64,000 nucleotides of DNA from an uncultured Clostridium sp. GTDB taxonomy: Bacteria > Bacillota > Clostridia > TANB77 > CAG-508. The notes beneath the pieces were generated by a model. The model was given only the letters and a program-made list of their open reading frames with translations, had not been told where the DNA came from and did no database searches. Below are positions 45,301 through 49,300 of the stretch, one piece after another; within the stretch, counting starts at the first letter, position 1; every line of letters begins with the position of its first letter. Made by a program: the position numbers and the translations under genes. The stretch spans positions 33,230 to 97,229 of the forward strand of contig USMB01000002.1 in assembly GCA_900555615.1 (NCBI GenBank), written 5' to 3'.

Positions 45301-45919
45301 TATGAGCGGAATGTTCCAATATACTGGATTTACAGCAATGACAAGTATAAACTTAGGAGGAAACTTTAATACAGCAAGTGTAACAAAGATGAATTCTATG
45401 TTTGACCATACAGGATATACTGCAATGACAGGATTGAATTTAGGCGGTAAGTTTAATACAGCTAAAGTAACAGAAATGAGTTCAATGTTTGCAGACACAG
45501 GATATACAAAGATGACAACATTAAACTTAGGCGGAGAATTTAGTACAGTAAAAGTAACTAAAATGGATTGGATGTTCAAAAATTGTGGACATGAAGCATT
45601 AACCGCATTAAACTTAGGAACTAAATTTAATACAAGTATAGTACAAACAATGGAAGGAATGTTTAATGCAACAGGATATAAAGCTATGGTAAGTTTGGAT
45701 TTGGGTGATAACTTCTATACATCAACAGTAACTAACATGGATAATATGTTTAATTCAACAGGTGCAGTGTCAATGATGGCATTGGATATGGGATCAAACT
45801 TTAAGAAGATAGCAGCTAAACATGCAAACTTTGCTACTAACTGCGGAAAGAAAGATGTTGTAATATATGCTCCAGAGGTAATATATTCAACACAAACTTC
45901 TTTCAAATTAGGGATATAG
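21353..45919 (+). CDS. Giant modular cell-surface protein (8,188 aa): signal anchor, ~17 tandem Ig-like ~100-aa repeats, multiple TDKYF-type beta-sandwich domains and six DUF285/BspA-like LRR-type repeat blocks
   Basis: One uninterrupted 24,567-nt ORF in the track. RBS GGAGG. N-terminal hydrophobic anchor. Repeat structure described in the findings. No LPXTG or C-terminal TM. Confidence 0.85.
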   Translation: MLKNKIIVKKIRNILILFMAILIMIGAYHNVRRSRAENVIEISMEVADKNNSLEKQTVTIDATETKNGVYLAELPTSVNGNRVTKYYTSDGEELEIDPASVEKITLELTEDELANKKISLGTEYDKKTAIIDDVETTLYNKEFINEDGDVIVTGYMPLDIQLDFTEIDANALKDIRLPSDDLTVKKSFGISIQEMIDVSKTTDKAETDDTTKTDGKNQVNDTTGLAENAQTNETEKQLIEYDSTKYGEDITIKIKQADSKEETVIYSFSDGTPVTEVVYTNTDGILSFLKNDNDKFIYTVKKQETTDNVASEEQVVDDTQDSDAVQIDEDTTTSDDSTIVNRPNNGPKKAQARAGSKVATLDTIWSHGESLGNGLNNAQNSNFFGLVPRGKISSITLLTSDGKDSSGNKINFDVSGAQSQSIATGGSVILYCIPNGSTYKAYMLPGSDVGTIKFNSDSKFIFSYLGYESSCTETEVVKGFFDSSSIVDTSGITQARAMFAHIGRNGSMRTLTIGPKFTTTSIKDTQDMFYECGFSNMTTLKFSSNFKLENATNLLSMFYRCGYNKLTSLDLSNMTTANATSMEHMFNMCGNQSLTSLKIGFNTSKVTNMHAMFANCGTEKLTTFSLGNNFNTSNVTDMGYMFEKFGGPLTELKLGSNFSTSKVTNMQGMFSQTGTKSMKKIQLGDKFTSIASGNYSDFLNNTGASGCKIYVPGAIYSNKHAVKLSTSSSTTISYTKGYIVGPDNAAPTWADNVNGAKYSATDHTYTMNLVGSDAVALDAEASTLTKGSTIKVKIGNSETSNYTLGATSLSSDENTKTFPLTINNYTGGAITITISAGTLIDLRENKSAAKTYNIASVDGTAPKWSSSVSGGTYSGTDKTYTLSLVGTDETSLDDSESKLTRGSNITVKVNNTSTSNYTLGNTTLSSDGRTKTFPLTISSYSGGTIVITITKGALVDRNGNTEASGATYTIRPNVDTTAPKWSSNVTNGSYSSTGHTYSLTITGTDETQLQSNKLSTFNTTVQVNGSKVTNLDFAQPVLSSDKKTITIKLTIKNYTGGKITIKIASGALIDATGNADTKGATYEFTPNTDVTAPKWNSSVNNATYSSSANTYTFEVVGTDETSLKTGLTLNASNAPITVNGSTASVTYGSGQYSNSNKTVTFKITVRNYSGGKIVMNIKAGALQDNGNPVNSSVAQNYTMDPQTDFTAPVWNGSINNGKLSGSTYTLNLIGTDETKLQQTTLSTSNVSVTVGGKSASFSFSNRGQGQLSNNNKTITFGMTISNFTGGNVTITINAGALKDTEGNLSVKQTYSFSVDGTAPKWNSSVTGGTYSSTAHTYTVKLIGTDETKLNDSMSALSSSNVTIKINGTPISTFSFKSSISSDYKTKTFTLTITNYTGGKITIQIDEGALVDTAGNKEANGAKYEFTPNIDSVVPAWKTSISGGTYSSTNHTYSFSLVGTDETALNNSASVLNYDNMLVTVNGTKVTRSNLVFGSTSISSDNKTKTFPITINGFTGGAVVITINSGALSDMTGNKSSEISYKFTIDGTLPVWSNAINGGTYDENAKTYTFKLVGSDETGIQQTTLSSSNVTVTMGGKTANVTFSNGGKGTINDKTITFELTINSFVGGQINISISAGALKDTSNNLSVAKTYSFSKDVTPPTWDSKITSTSYKNSIYTVNVTGTDETALNNSSSTLSSSNVTVTVNGTAVSASNLTFSGQLASDSKSKAFAIGIKSFTGGEIKIVINPGALTDTSGNKEKTGATYNLTADITPPAWGNATGKYNPDDQSYTITVTGTDDIELNTSASALTTSNSTLTVGGTAVTPTITKTASTSKSVTYEIKISKHTGGAISFKINAGALKDAQNNTSAEKTYTFAAVDAVKPTWASNISGGTYSNGTYSFSVVGSDETKLDTSKSVLSSSNFSVTTSGNAVSSSDITFGSPTLSSDGKTKTFPITIKNFKGGQVNITIAEKALYDTTGNWSVSKTYSFYKDITPPVWDDSIQNPLYNHSTKGYYFELVGTDETKLNTSSSTLTTSNVKITVGGTNTTNFTLGTATTSSDSKTKTFPITLNSYTGGEIIITVSAGALKDTAGNSSAVKEYKITPDITKPVWSYQNLTYDPDSMTYSVELVGTDETALNTNVSTLISTGSSKNLLVTCGGTSVTPTLEKTSTTSTKIIYKLTINDYPGGAVAITISEGALIDTSSNRSDHKVINLPEKDRTKPTLKVQNNNYSDDSGQYTFEVVATDETAIDTTRSNLAPNGSSKNITVKCGNTTIVPSITSRNTSDGKSIIYTVTISEYPGGTVSVAIDAGAIYDTTGNKSNSASFTLPAADVQKPQWADSAEFSYDENNSTVSITLTGTDDVGLNDSKSVLNLSTNLVIYNNGAVVSSENIKLGTPTISQDKLTKKFPITLNNFAGGTTSIAISKGALVDNSGKTSDAKTYNFTDMIKPKWYMDGNGSYNTKSKEYTITLDARDDTEIKTVNLTTSTMTVTVGGTAVTPTITQVTDGIQEKRYTITIPNYTGGTINITLNAGTIVDTAGNASIQTPFSVTPDVTAPLWKAGSAGYVNATTSDDVTIELLGTDTKMLATSNLTKQDLIVKYGDTIIDYDKINLSEVTYTNDGKGGVKYVLTLQEYTGEVVSVFLPAGTLTDQAGNTSVDTTLAIESILPPEDTDVPTVSGTQVKVDNLSQVIYITFDITDMSFDYTHHLTAEDFEVTKTYKVRNGYWGTKEETVTITPTIEIVRETRLTGKKGYRYKIKLTNVDITTTPLWGIGGTQSNPATIKVYLNKDAMLDRLSKGNEKTLLMNQQVTFESSTTDAAISLRSAIVNNTDDDKNLTIQLTVNKSNSWWGTFFFIPGIYGSTATNKKLSTDNIYDLRFDGVSVGDSSAIDITVEELTSSSTTTGGGFWWNQGTTTTTAVYRIILSNLEEALRQNLKSYKEWSGCVELDIGPSSDTIYTVRNEDEDLEGFEYKNTQDILFVDVIKPELEVKGVTINDEESDSATVNLQATDKYFSTYYTTNQTASFDKTKIYLTADGVKATEEETGVKLQWEKAKDVTETRSGEKKVIGITQSVTITGMKDNLDKKLKLVIEEGACLDNSGNPNERKEISLFSRLMSASTETAATSTFLNNPYAIQRQNVQSVEFRSSTTGLISNCAWDVSENQDGSIMAWYDGTGPYRVYIAGDGLIYANPDSSYLFSYVGYATNCTDTTVVKNLNLLNTKFATKMDAMFNYTGYRSMTGLSLGDKFDTSNVTSMNRMFDNCGYTRMGSLNLGTAFDTTKVTSMSLMFRNCGYTAMTSMELGTKFNTSKVENMTSMFYYTGYTAMTTLKLGNYFYTKSATNMSQMFNYTGASAMTSLDLGPAFTKIADTNTNFATGCGKNGSVTIYVGSSIYSTKNAFKLSADVTTTISYARGTINPKYKPDWTKVSTTLNTTDKNITVKLQGNVNTANYTGDALKSVINRLAMGTGDSSKITVKIDGTVANNLVKTVQTSVKGPANTVTAEIIISSFAETTVQSGKTYLEWAGNIAIQLAQGTLTDAYGNPNLAQLDGSAVEIKDATIDKNTDGKMFADFIKPKLMYEQSSVVVDKTGKTVTIVFSITDKYYASESLDVSKLSIRVDGTDVSEIPSIKKTLTKSTSSTGVKYTLVLSEFEQDSIASGKRYLDYSGSITVTVPAGAVLDKSGNGNVTEGLGIGPQNTIVKDNASNLAEIDLVRPSWQLQPNKGVTLDFASKTVTIPLEVTDKYFSTSTLTNNIKLLVNGAESTSGGTISIQSGPTNITETRGGNTVLIGHSYTVKITNISVDSGQLGVRILEGAASDTSGNTSSQKDILLLNRLKETNTETAATSGFLGSASNTNATIKAIQRQNINKVVFESGISSAVYNHTTKTISDATRAWDVSKAGDQSIVAWFVDSEKSNGTYVIHIGSEGGILANTDSSYLFANIGSSANCKSIVAIANLSLLDVSTVTNMNYMFTNTGKQAMTELDLGTNFSTSSVTTMVGMFQGAGYNAMTTLTLGNLFVTTKVTDMNNMFNETGYKALKSLNLSTFNTASVTNMQRMFRATGHDSMTTLTLGSNFNTAKVTNMLGMFANCGYGSLTALNLGGAFDTGNVTDMSYMFTGAGHDSMTGLNLGSLFKTSKVTNMSYMFQNTGAGKMTTLTLGSNFNTSAVTNMSYMFNGTGSSSMQSLVLGGYFYTSKVTNMTSMFEACGQGSIKTIDLGPAFTNVSSTNTNMLKTLNNTNIYTGTAIYSNENAVRLNLNSSTTVSFERGKIIAKYQPEWQKSTTTPDTANTAITVVLRGIVNATNYAGYNKNITNKFANGTTTQITVAIDGESTPNSRIIKTISGASSTAAESVQCNVRLTGFNEGYISSKGYKEWSGNVALNIPQGTLTDAYGNPNLAQEIKEDAVEKNTAGDLFLDSIKPEIIYEYSETTINHDSQTVTVGFRVTDKYFANTLLTVEQLASQITVKVDSEAVNVEKEVREIKALNEPVNGQNRTVGKKYELVISKLDQGDGIRYSGPMQIVFPTGIVKDASNNTNTGKTISIGVDDPVNDAEHKSEVIVDVVKPVWSVENLKITQVNGKAQATMDLIGTDKYLNKTNSKSLTPNEIKVFVDGVDITSIATGLSKSLAGPIDIDNGIKYTLTITNLEESYDAFIAARNANKRVYREYSGDVTLEVPEGKLVDNSGNKSSKLSVKVGIVDTLKPEIVKVSSTVNPTAKTETIIFDVTDKYFGTILDEQTLLSKLHVFVDEEAADSITKQITNVETLTDTVDGISKTVGKRYTLVLSNFEKEGLQSGYEFKGISGTVKVTVDAEIATDSNGNTSNSATLAGDFTDFIEPSVVYRFSKPASGANSVTITFDVTDKYYKSGDLTLADLALKMQNGKNLSNYIDMKTISGAQIQFGTPSNVTCPTAMNKTVNGTVQKGLTNQIIGRRYTITISNLEQAQIKDGDQYLEYSGNVQIGVAKGKVKDQGNNTNLAQTITFGINLPEGTGIKEALDIVKPIWSVESQTVDLDKQEATIIIKGTDKYFSKSTLTNDTLQLIMNGSKVTTNDTASGRTLEITGPKEIYEDWIENGATSQHLVGVEYTIIATGFAVDEGQVKIRIPEATLTDNSENSSNALEFMLYSCLKATNTETSATSGFLGNTSIQRQNIESVTFESGLSKMISSTKWDVSAGNDGSIMAWYKTAASGALEVYIGGTTAIFANPNSSYLFANIGTATKCTATEVVKNLDLVTTKRVTNMSYMFLNTGTTAMTTLNLGSNFNTEKVTNMTSMFSGCGINKMSTLNLGGKFYTSEVTLMNNMFSSCGRYALTALDLGEYFDTSKVTNMAGMFNCTGSSQMTSFNIGKKFDTTNVTNMSYMFNMLGNAKLTSLDLGDLFYTTNVTNMDSMFYNCGSSAMTTIDLGPAFTKIAGTNTNFAMNFGKSGATLNAPEAIYQDSKNFRLGIESTTTLAYSRGTITPKYRTEWVVTTKTVDKTNKTVRITLRGKTNSQLTVAEYPGGANGLLSKDKVTVLVDGTNVKAVQDSMEISSANYITNSSTNKVEVEQIITLKDFVEDARQTGKSYKEWSGNISLKIAKDSGLKDDYGSENIAQDINDIILADVVKPEFTYKYSSTDINYTNKTLTVEFDIVDKYFFSTTLSATNAVNNITVKMIDINAVPANITKTLKKKTISADQTSGSITYKANGDIYENSRKIGERYTLVISGLEQASKSADGKYKDYSGPMSVAFPAGVITDTSGNTSDQITITVGIDEPDKSGMQEIVDVVTPIWEAKSTTIDKWNKRAIIQLQGTDKYYASNSLDTSKITVYVDGKEITNIEKTLSESTPLTETRNGQEMQYGVEYTLTLSGFSEPDSEFMTARKNGSREYREYSGKTEVKIAAGTLSDAHNTNKEQTISLGNVDCLKPDIIYETSNTTIDQGNKILTVVFEVTDKYYNASASSLKLSDLTVTVDEKTMTSAELTASGNSLTATALASGKGTKYTLVIKNLQQNPNDGVDYSGIVSIAIPSGKFADTTGNTNDAKTITIGVDTPTNDENHNTGTIVDVVSPVWKAENFRASSDNTQILVDLVGTDKYLDTSKTSVDPSKIKVVINNQDIEATAGIAVNKSIEYKGTRSDILTGAKDVIYTLTLSNFKESDETFLAARAAGTRLYREYSGFTQIEMPAGQLKDTSNNTNVKTTLDLGNIDRIPPEVVKVSSTVDKTNKKETIVFDIVDKYLKTSTLGTTTTEANNNLSKLHVFVDDEAADNITKKITKVEKLTDTIGTTTNQLIGYRYTLELTNFEKSKNSKGVKDWSGTVRVDVDAAVAIDTNGNTTDETSIECDFVDLIKPYLEYTHQSSDISTTNKTYTMKFRITDKYYKSGKLTLNDLTVKIKNGQLKNGSEIVYNLSDLAKAGTVTLALSDTEIYANDIYITDETTGEIDVTDKKLIGHEYTLKMSNLEKLQIADGMTTADYSGIISVGIAANKVLDRTYNGSNNGNTASTITSGVNIPNGSGNGTVVDVVDPLITGVSTVADPTKGTATLTFRATDSYFASSSISAANIQIYVNGTQKAVGVASGDGITKTLSQTSKTESRLQNGTTSNVQYGIEYTLNITGYPANINQLRVVIPAGLVADQSGNHNKEKSFNLFNTLATAESSPSATTAFMGNTYGIQRGKIAQIVFESYIGGTSSTRWDVSAQKDQSIMAWYNANEKPTSDTYIIHIGSETLIGANVNSSNWFSYIGYDANCKATSEESDPIIKNLKIISVANVTNMSNMFAYLGYSNMTTFSLSSNFYTTSATNMSGMFKYAGFTKMTTINLGSNFNTSKVTNMNAMFNHTGYTAMTGLNLGSAFYTSKVTNMGSMFGETGYTAMTSLNLGTNFDTSAVTSMSWMFSNCGHDKMTSLTLGANFNTSLVTTMQGMFNGTGNKLLTSLDLGDLFYTTNVENMTNMFSNCGTGAMTSLDLGPAFTKIASTNTEFATNLGKSGFVAYVPEAIYQDSTHFRIGGAGSTAIACTSGRTINPKYRTEWVVETTAFNTTNKTLAITLRGRTNSQVTASEYKSDVSGGITDKTKVEFYMNIGGTLTKMSNVSISLGTASQTTQNVSKGTKEVLQTITIGNLEETARQSGKLYKEYSGNIVVKVLQDSGLKDSYGNGSQNIAQNVSTSDVDKNTTGKLFADFIKPEFNYLSSETTINHNTKTVTILFSVRDKYFSTSGLTADTTASKISVTVADEDVNSKITKKLEIVEEEKDVINGKNQKVGEKYRLTITGLDHNDGTHYSGIMQLGFAKDLVADLSGNKNDAQTITIGVDTPNGSGSGSIVDVVDPVWNTQNFTIDKTNKKITVDLIGTDKYYLSNSLTTDKIKVFVDGKEASSITKQLSASSSVTNGVKYTLTLSGWEEASEQTGNIYKEWSGITKIQIAAGTLTDKYTNTSKQQEFTLGHVDFIKPVIKKVSSTKNSTNGTETILFNVIDKYLDTTSTLSANDITVYVDKVEATGLSKTLTKTSTQFTASINGSTQVVGQQYQLVLSGFKQARSSIDSAKNYTEWSGTVSIDVAAGKIKDKIVSPNTTANTNNKTTIYGDFVDFIKPEITYKYASSDINYTNKTFTMDFEITDKYFNSITELTTQNITQYVTIKVDGVDITNNTAITKEIISTTNVTAGTTAKPINKTVNGTVQTGLTNQVIGRHYKLRISGLQQAIKTGNTLDYSGVITVAFKEGIATDTTTNKNAATTITSGVNLPGGSGSGTIVDVVDPMWEQIGRASVEAGKGTASMVIRGTDKYLNKVTSALTSGKITVTVNGTTPTTTVTVNVQEDTSISETWAKQYKVTLTGFDPKAYQVAFKIPAGVLVDSSGNTSKEKEFILFSSLKKTDTETASTSLFLGITGVQRQNVEQVIFEEYIDDSKTLFDVSAAQNRTIMAWYEKTSRNTYIVHIGSTIIINGNADSTNLFNYVGYSTNCAVTNETSNKIIKNIELLHVDNVTNMKNMFAYLGYGKMQTFSLGSAFDTTNATDMSGMFQYTGFTAMTSINLGGNFNTASVTKMNSMFDHTGYTAMTGLNLGGKFNTAKVTEMSSMFADTGYTKMTTLNLGGEFSTVKVTKMDWMFKNCGHEALTALNLGTKFNTSIVQTMEGMFNATGYKAMVSLDLGDNFYTSTVTNMDNMFNSTGAVSMMALDMGSNFKKIAAKHANFATNCGKKDVVIYAPEVIYSTQTSFKLGI
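22930..23420 (+). repeat. DUF285/BspA-like ~26-aa repeat block 1 of giant gene 1
   Basis: Iterated ...MF..CG...LTSLDLSNFNTSNVTNM..MF... units. Confidence 0.55.
23590..29350 (+). repeat. Tandem array of ~17 Ig-like ~100-aa repeats (coding, giant gene 1)
   Basis: Each unit follows [A/K/P]P.W...V.GGTYS...HTYT..LVGTDET.L...S.L..SNVTV.VNGT.....F....LSSD.KTKTF.LTI..YTGG.I.I.I..GAL.D..GN. Confidence 0.6.
31000..31500 (+). repeat. DUF285/BspA-like repeat block 2 (giant gene 1), preceded by a WDVS...SIMAWY lead-in
   Basis: Same ~26-aa periodicity, ending ...LDLGPAFTKIADTNTNFATGCGKNG. Confidence 0.55.
33230..34040 (+). repeat. DUF285/BspA-like repeat block 3 (giant gene 1)
   Basis: As above, about 10 units. 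Confidence 0.55.
37040..37620 (+). repeat. DUF285/BspA-like repeat block 4 (giant gene 1)
   Basis: As above. Confidence 0.55.
41560..42230 (+). repeat. DUF285/BspA-like repeat block 5 (giant gene 1)
   Basis: As above. Confidence 0.55.
45190..45860 (+). repeat. DUF285/BspA-like repeat block 6 (giant gene 1, C-terminal)
   Basis: As above. The protein ends 20 aa after the block. Confidence 0.55.
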
Positions 45920-45942
45920 TTTATATAACTAATGCTGAGAGG

Positions 45943-45979
45943 GAGCGGAAAACTTTTAAAGAGTTTTCTGCTCTTTTTT
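45943..45979 (+). terminator. Strong rho-independent terminator of giant gene 1
   Basis: 12-bp stem gagcggaaaact/agttttctgctc (one G-U pair), 7-nt loop, then TTTTTT. Confidence 0.75.
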
Positions 45980-46227
45980 ATTGCTGTTTAACTAATTTTT
46001 ATAAAATATACAATAATTGTAAAAAAACTCTTGCTAAATAGAGTAAGACGTGTTATATTAATAATGTACTTGAATTTAGTACAAAACAACTTAGTGTTTA
46101 CACAAAATAAATTTTTGATTTTTTCAGTAATTTTATTCAATTCTAACTGAAGAAAAAATAAGGAAAATAAAGACGTAAAACAGTGGTAAAAAAGCTTGAA
46201 AAATAAATAGAAAAAAACTTAGAAAAA

Positions 46228-46254
46228 AGCACCAAAATTGGTGCTTTTTTTTTT
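46228..46254 (+). terminator. Rho-independent terminator (part of the giant-gene 2 upstream cassette)
   Basis: agcacca-aaat-tggtgct stem-loop, then ten T's. Paralogous to the hairpin at 21228, with complementarity kept on both strands of the stem. Confidence 0.7.
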
Positions 46255-46274
46255 GAAAAAAATGCCGAAAAACG

Positions 46275-46303
46275 TTGAAAAAAATAGCCTGTTATGATAT
46301 AAA
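46275..46303 (+). promoter_or_regulatory. Putative promoter of giant gene 2 (paralogous to 21275-21303)
   Basis: TTGAAA(46275-46280), 17-nt spacer, TGaTATAAA(46298-46303). Upstream TTGAAAAAAA box at 46253. Exactly 25,000 nt downstream of the giant-gene 1 promoter. Confidence 0.5.
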
Positions 46304-46354
46304 TTATATAGATAAATAAAATAGGAGTTATGAGTCAAAAAACGGAGGATAAAC

Positions 46355-49300
46355 ATGTTAAAAAAGAGAAAAAATGTAAGAAAAATAATAGTATTATTAA
46401 TGAGTATAATTTCAATAATAAGTCTTGGTATAAATTTAAATAAAGTAACAAAAGAAAAATATAATCCAGCATTAAATTTATATAATGCTAGTGAAACGAT
46501 AAATATAGACAAAGGTGAAATAGATCCAATATATAGACCAAAGTGGGAAAAAGTATCAAGTTCTTTTAGTGCAGCCAATAAAACACTAACTGTTATAGTA
46601 AAAGGTTCTGCATATGAAAATAAAACAATAGATGCAAATACGCAAATAAAGTATGCAAGTGATGTAATAAGTACTTTAAGTGCATCAAATGTAAAAGTAT
46701 TTATAGATGGAGTAGAGGTAACAAGTACAACAAATCCAACAGTAAAAATAACAGATACTAAAACATCAACAAATACAACATCAGGAAAAAAAGAAGTAAC
46801 ACATACAATTCAGTTATCAAACCTAGAAGAAGCAGTAAGACAAGCAGGAAAAAACTATAAAGAATGGAGTGGAAATATTGCATTAAAAATAACAGGAAGA
46901 GGTCAAGATGAAAGTACATATTCATCAAATGTATTAACAGATGCTGATGGAAATCACAGCATGATGGAAATCCAAGAAGATGGAGCATGGGTAAATATAG
47001 AATTAAAAGATACAAAAACAGACCATAATACAGATAATGTAATGTTTGCGGATTATATAAAACCAGAATTCACATATGTATATGCAGCAAAAGATATAGA
47101 CCATACAAACAAAACATTAACAATAGATTTTTCTATAACAGATAAATATTTTGATAGCACAAAATTGATAACAGATACAAATGGAACATTAACAGCAAAT
47201 CAATCAGTAGTTAATCAAATTACAGTTGCTATGAAAGATGATGCTACAACAGCAGTAAATACTAAAGTAACAAAGAAAATAACCAATATTCAATATATAA
47301 CAGAAAAAAGAGATAATGAGAATGTAAGAATTGGAGCAAAATTTACTTTAGTAATTGGAAATTTACAACAAGAAACATCAAGTGGAAATTATAGAGATTA
47401 CAGTGGCCCAATGAGTATAACATTTCCAAAAGAAATTGCATCAGATAAATCTGGAAATCAAAATGATGCAAAGACAATTACAATAGGTATAGGAGAACCA
47501 AGTAATTCTGGAAGTCAACAAATAGTCGATGTTGTAGACCCAGTATGGAGAGTTGAAAATTTACAAAAAACAGTAAATAGCACAACAGGAAAACTTACAG
47601 CAACAATGGACATATATGGAACAGATAAATATTTTAAGCAAAGTACATTAACAGCTGAACAAATTCAAGTATGGGTAGATGGAGTAAATATTACAGCATC
47701 AGGAAGTACAGCTAAAATTTCTAGAACATTGACAAAAGTAGAAGATTTAACAGAACAAAGAGATGGAAAAACAGTAACATATGGAATTCATTATAAATAT
47801 ACAATAACGGACTTGGAAGAAACTGATGCATTATTTAATGCAGAAAGAGCAAAATATGCAGCTAACACAAGTACTGGTAGAGTATATAGAGAATATTCAG
47901 GAGATATGAGTATTGTAATACCAGCTAATACAATGGTCGACAATTATACAAATACAAATAAAGCTTTAACTTATTCTTTAGGACATATAGATTCAATAAA
48001 ACCAGAAATTATCAAGATATCTTCAACAAGAGATGCAACAAACAAAAAAGAAACGTTTGTATTTGATGTAGTAGATAAATATATTGCAAGTTCAGCATTA
48101 GGAACAACAGTAACAGAAGCAAATAATAACAAATCTAAAGTACATGTATTTGTTGATGGAGAGGCAGCAGATAGTGTAACAAAGAATTATACAAGAGTAA
48201 CTCCGTTATCAGCTAAGATTAATGGAACAAGCAAAGTTGTAGGATATAGATATACATTAGAATTAACAGGATTTGAAAAAGCAAGAACAGCAATTAACTT
48301 TAATAGAGAATATTCTGATTGGAGTGGTAATGTAACATTAGAGATTGATGCAGGGGTTGCAAAAGATACTGCAAATAATTTTAGTGTAAAAACAGTATTT
48401 ACAGGAGATTTTGTAGATTTTATAAAACCAAATGCAACATATCAATATGCAACAGCTGATATAGATCATACAGATAAAACATTTACAATGGTGTTTGATG
48501 TAACAGATAAATTCTACAGTTCAGGAACATTAGCAATAGGAGATTTAACAATTAAGATAGATGGAAAAGATGTAGATTGGAACAAAGTAAGCAAAAGCTT
48601 AACTGTTGCAGATAGACAAAATACTGTAAAAATCACAGAAAACGGAGTAGTAAAAAGTGTAACAAAAACAATTGGTAAACGTTATACATTGAAATTATCT
48701 AATTTGGAGCAAATCCAAACAAGAGATACATCTGGAAATTACATTTCTTACAGTGGTGTAGTTACAGTAGCAATACCAGGAAGTAAGTTTAGTGATACAG
48801 GTGTTGATGGACAAAATACATCTCCAAATAGAAATGATGGAACTACAATAACTTCTGGTATAAATATTCCAGGTGGAAGCGGAACAGGACAAGTAGTCGA
48901 TGTAGTAGATCCATTAGTAGAAAGATTAAATTCATCAGCTAATGCAGTAAATAAAACTGCTACAGTAAAATTCAACATAACAGATAAATATTATGATGCA
49001 ACAAAGGCTGCATTAACACAAAATGATATGAAAGTTCTAGTAAATGGAACAGAAGTTACAGGAAAAATAACAGGATTTTCTACTAAGGCATTAACAGAAT
49101 CAAAAACAACAAATGGTACAACTTCACAAGTACAATACGGAGTTGAGTATACAGTAACAATATCAAACTTTGATACTTCTGCAAATCAAGTATTACTTAG
49201 AATACCACAAGGTAAAGTAATAGACCAATATGGAAACAGTAATAAGCAAACAGATTTGATTTTATACAATGTATTAAAATCAGCAGCATCAGAAGCAGAT

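Noticed and set aside
45241-45579. Minus-strand ORFs of 60-138 aa inside the giant genes (for example 45241-45579, 49624-50040, 58162-58467, 42987-43259, 51297-51566), some with near-identical translations
   Set aside because: They are antisense read-throughs of the periodic DUF285 and TDKYF coding repeats, and their similarity just mirrors the sense-strand repeats. They have no RBS, their composition is hydrophobic low-complexity, and they lie wholly inside a strongly supported long ORF.
45917-45919. Giant gene 1 ending by premature truncation (pseudogene), because it stops where internal modules continue (…FKLGI* against …FRLGIESTTT…)
   Set aside because: The sequence after the stop bears no resemblance to a continuing module, and a strong terminator follows 24 nt later. 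This looks like a natural end and not a nonsense mutation.
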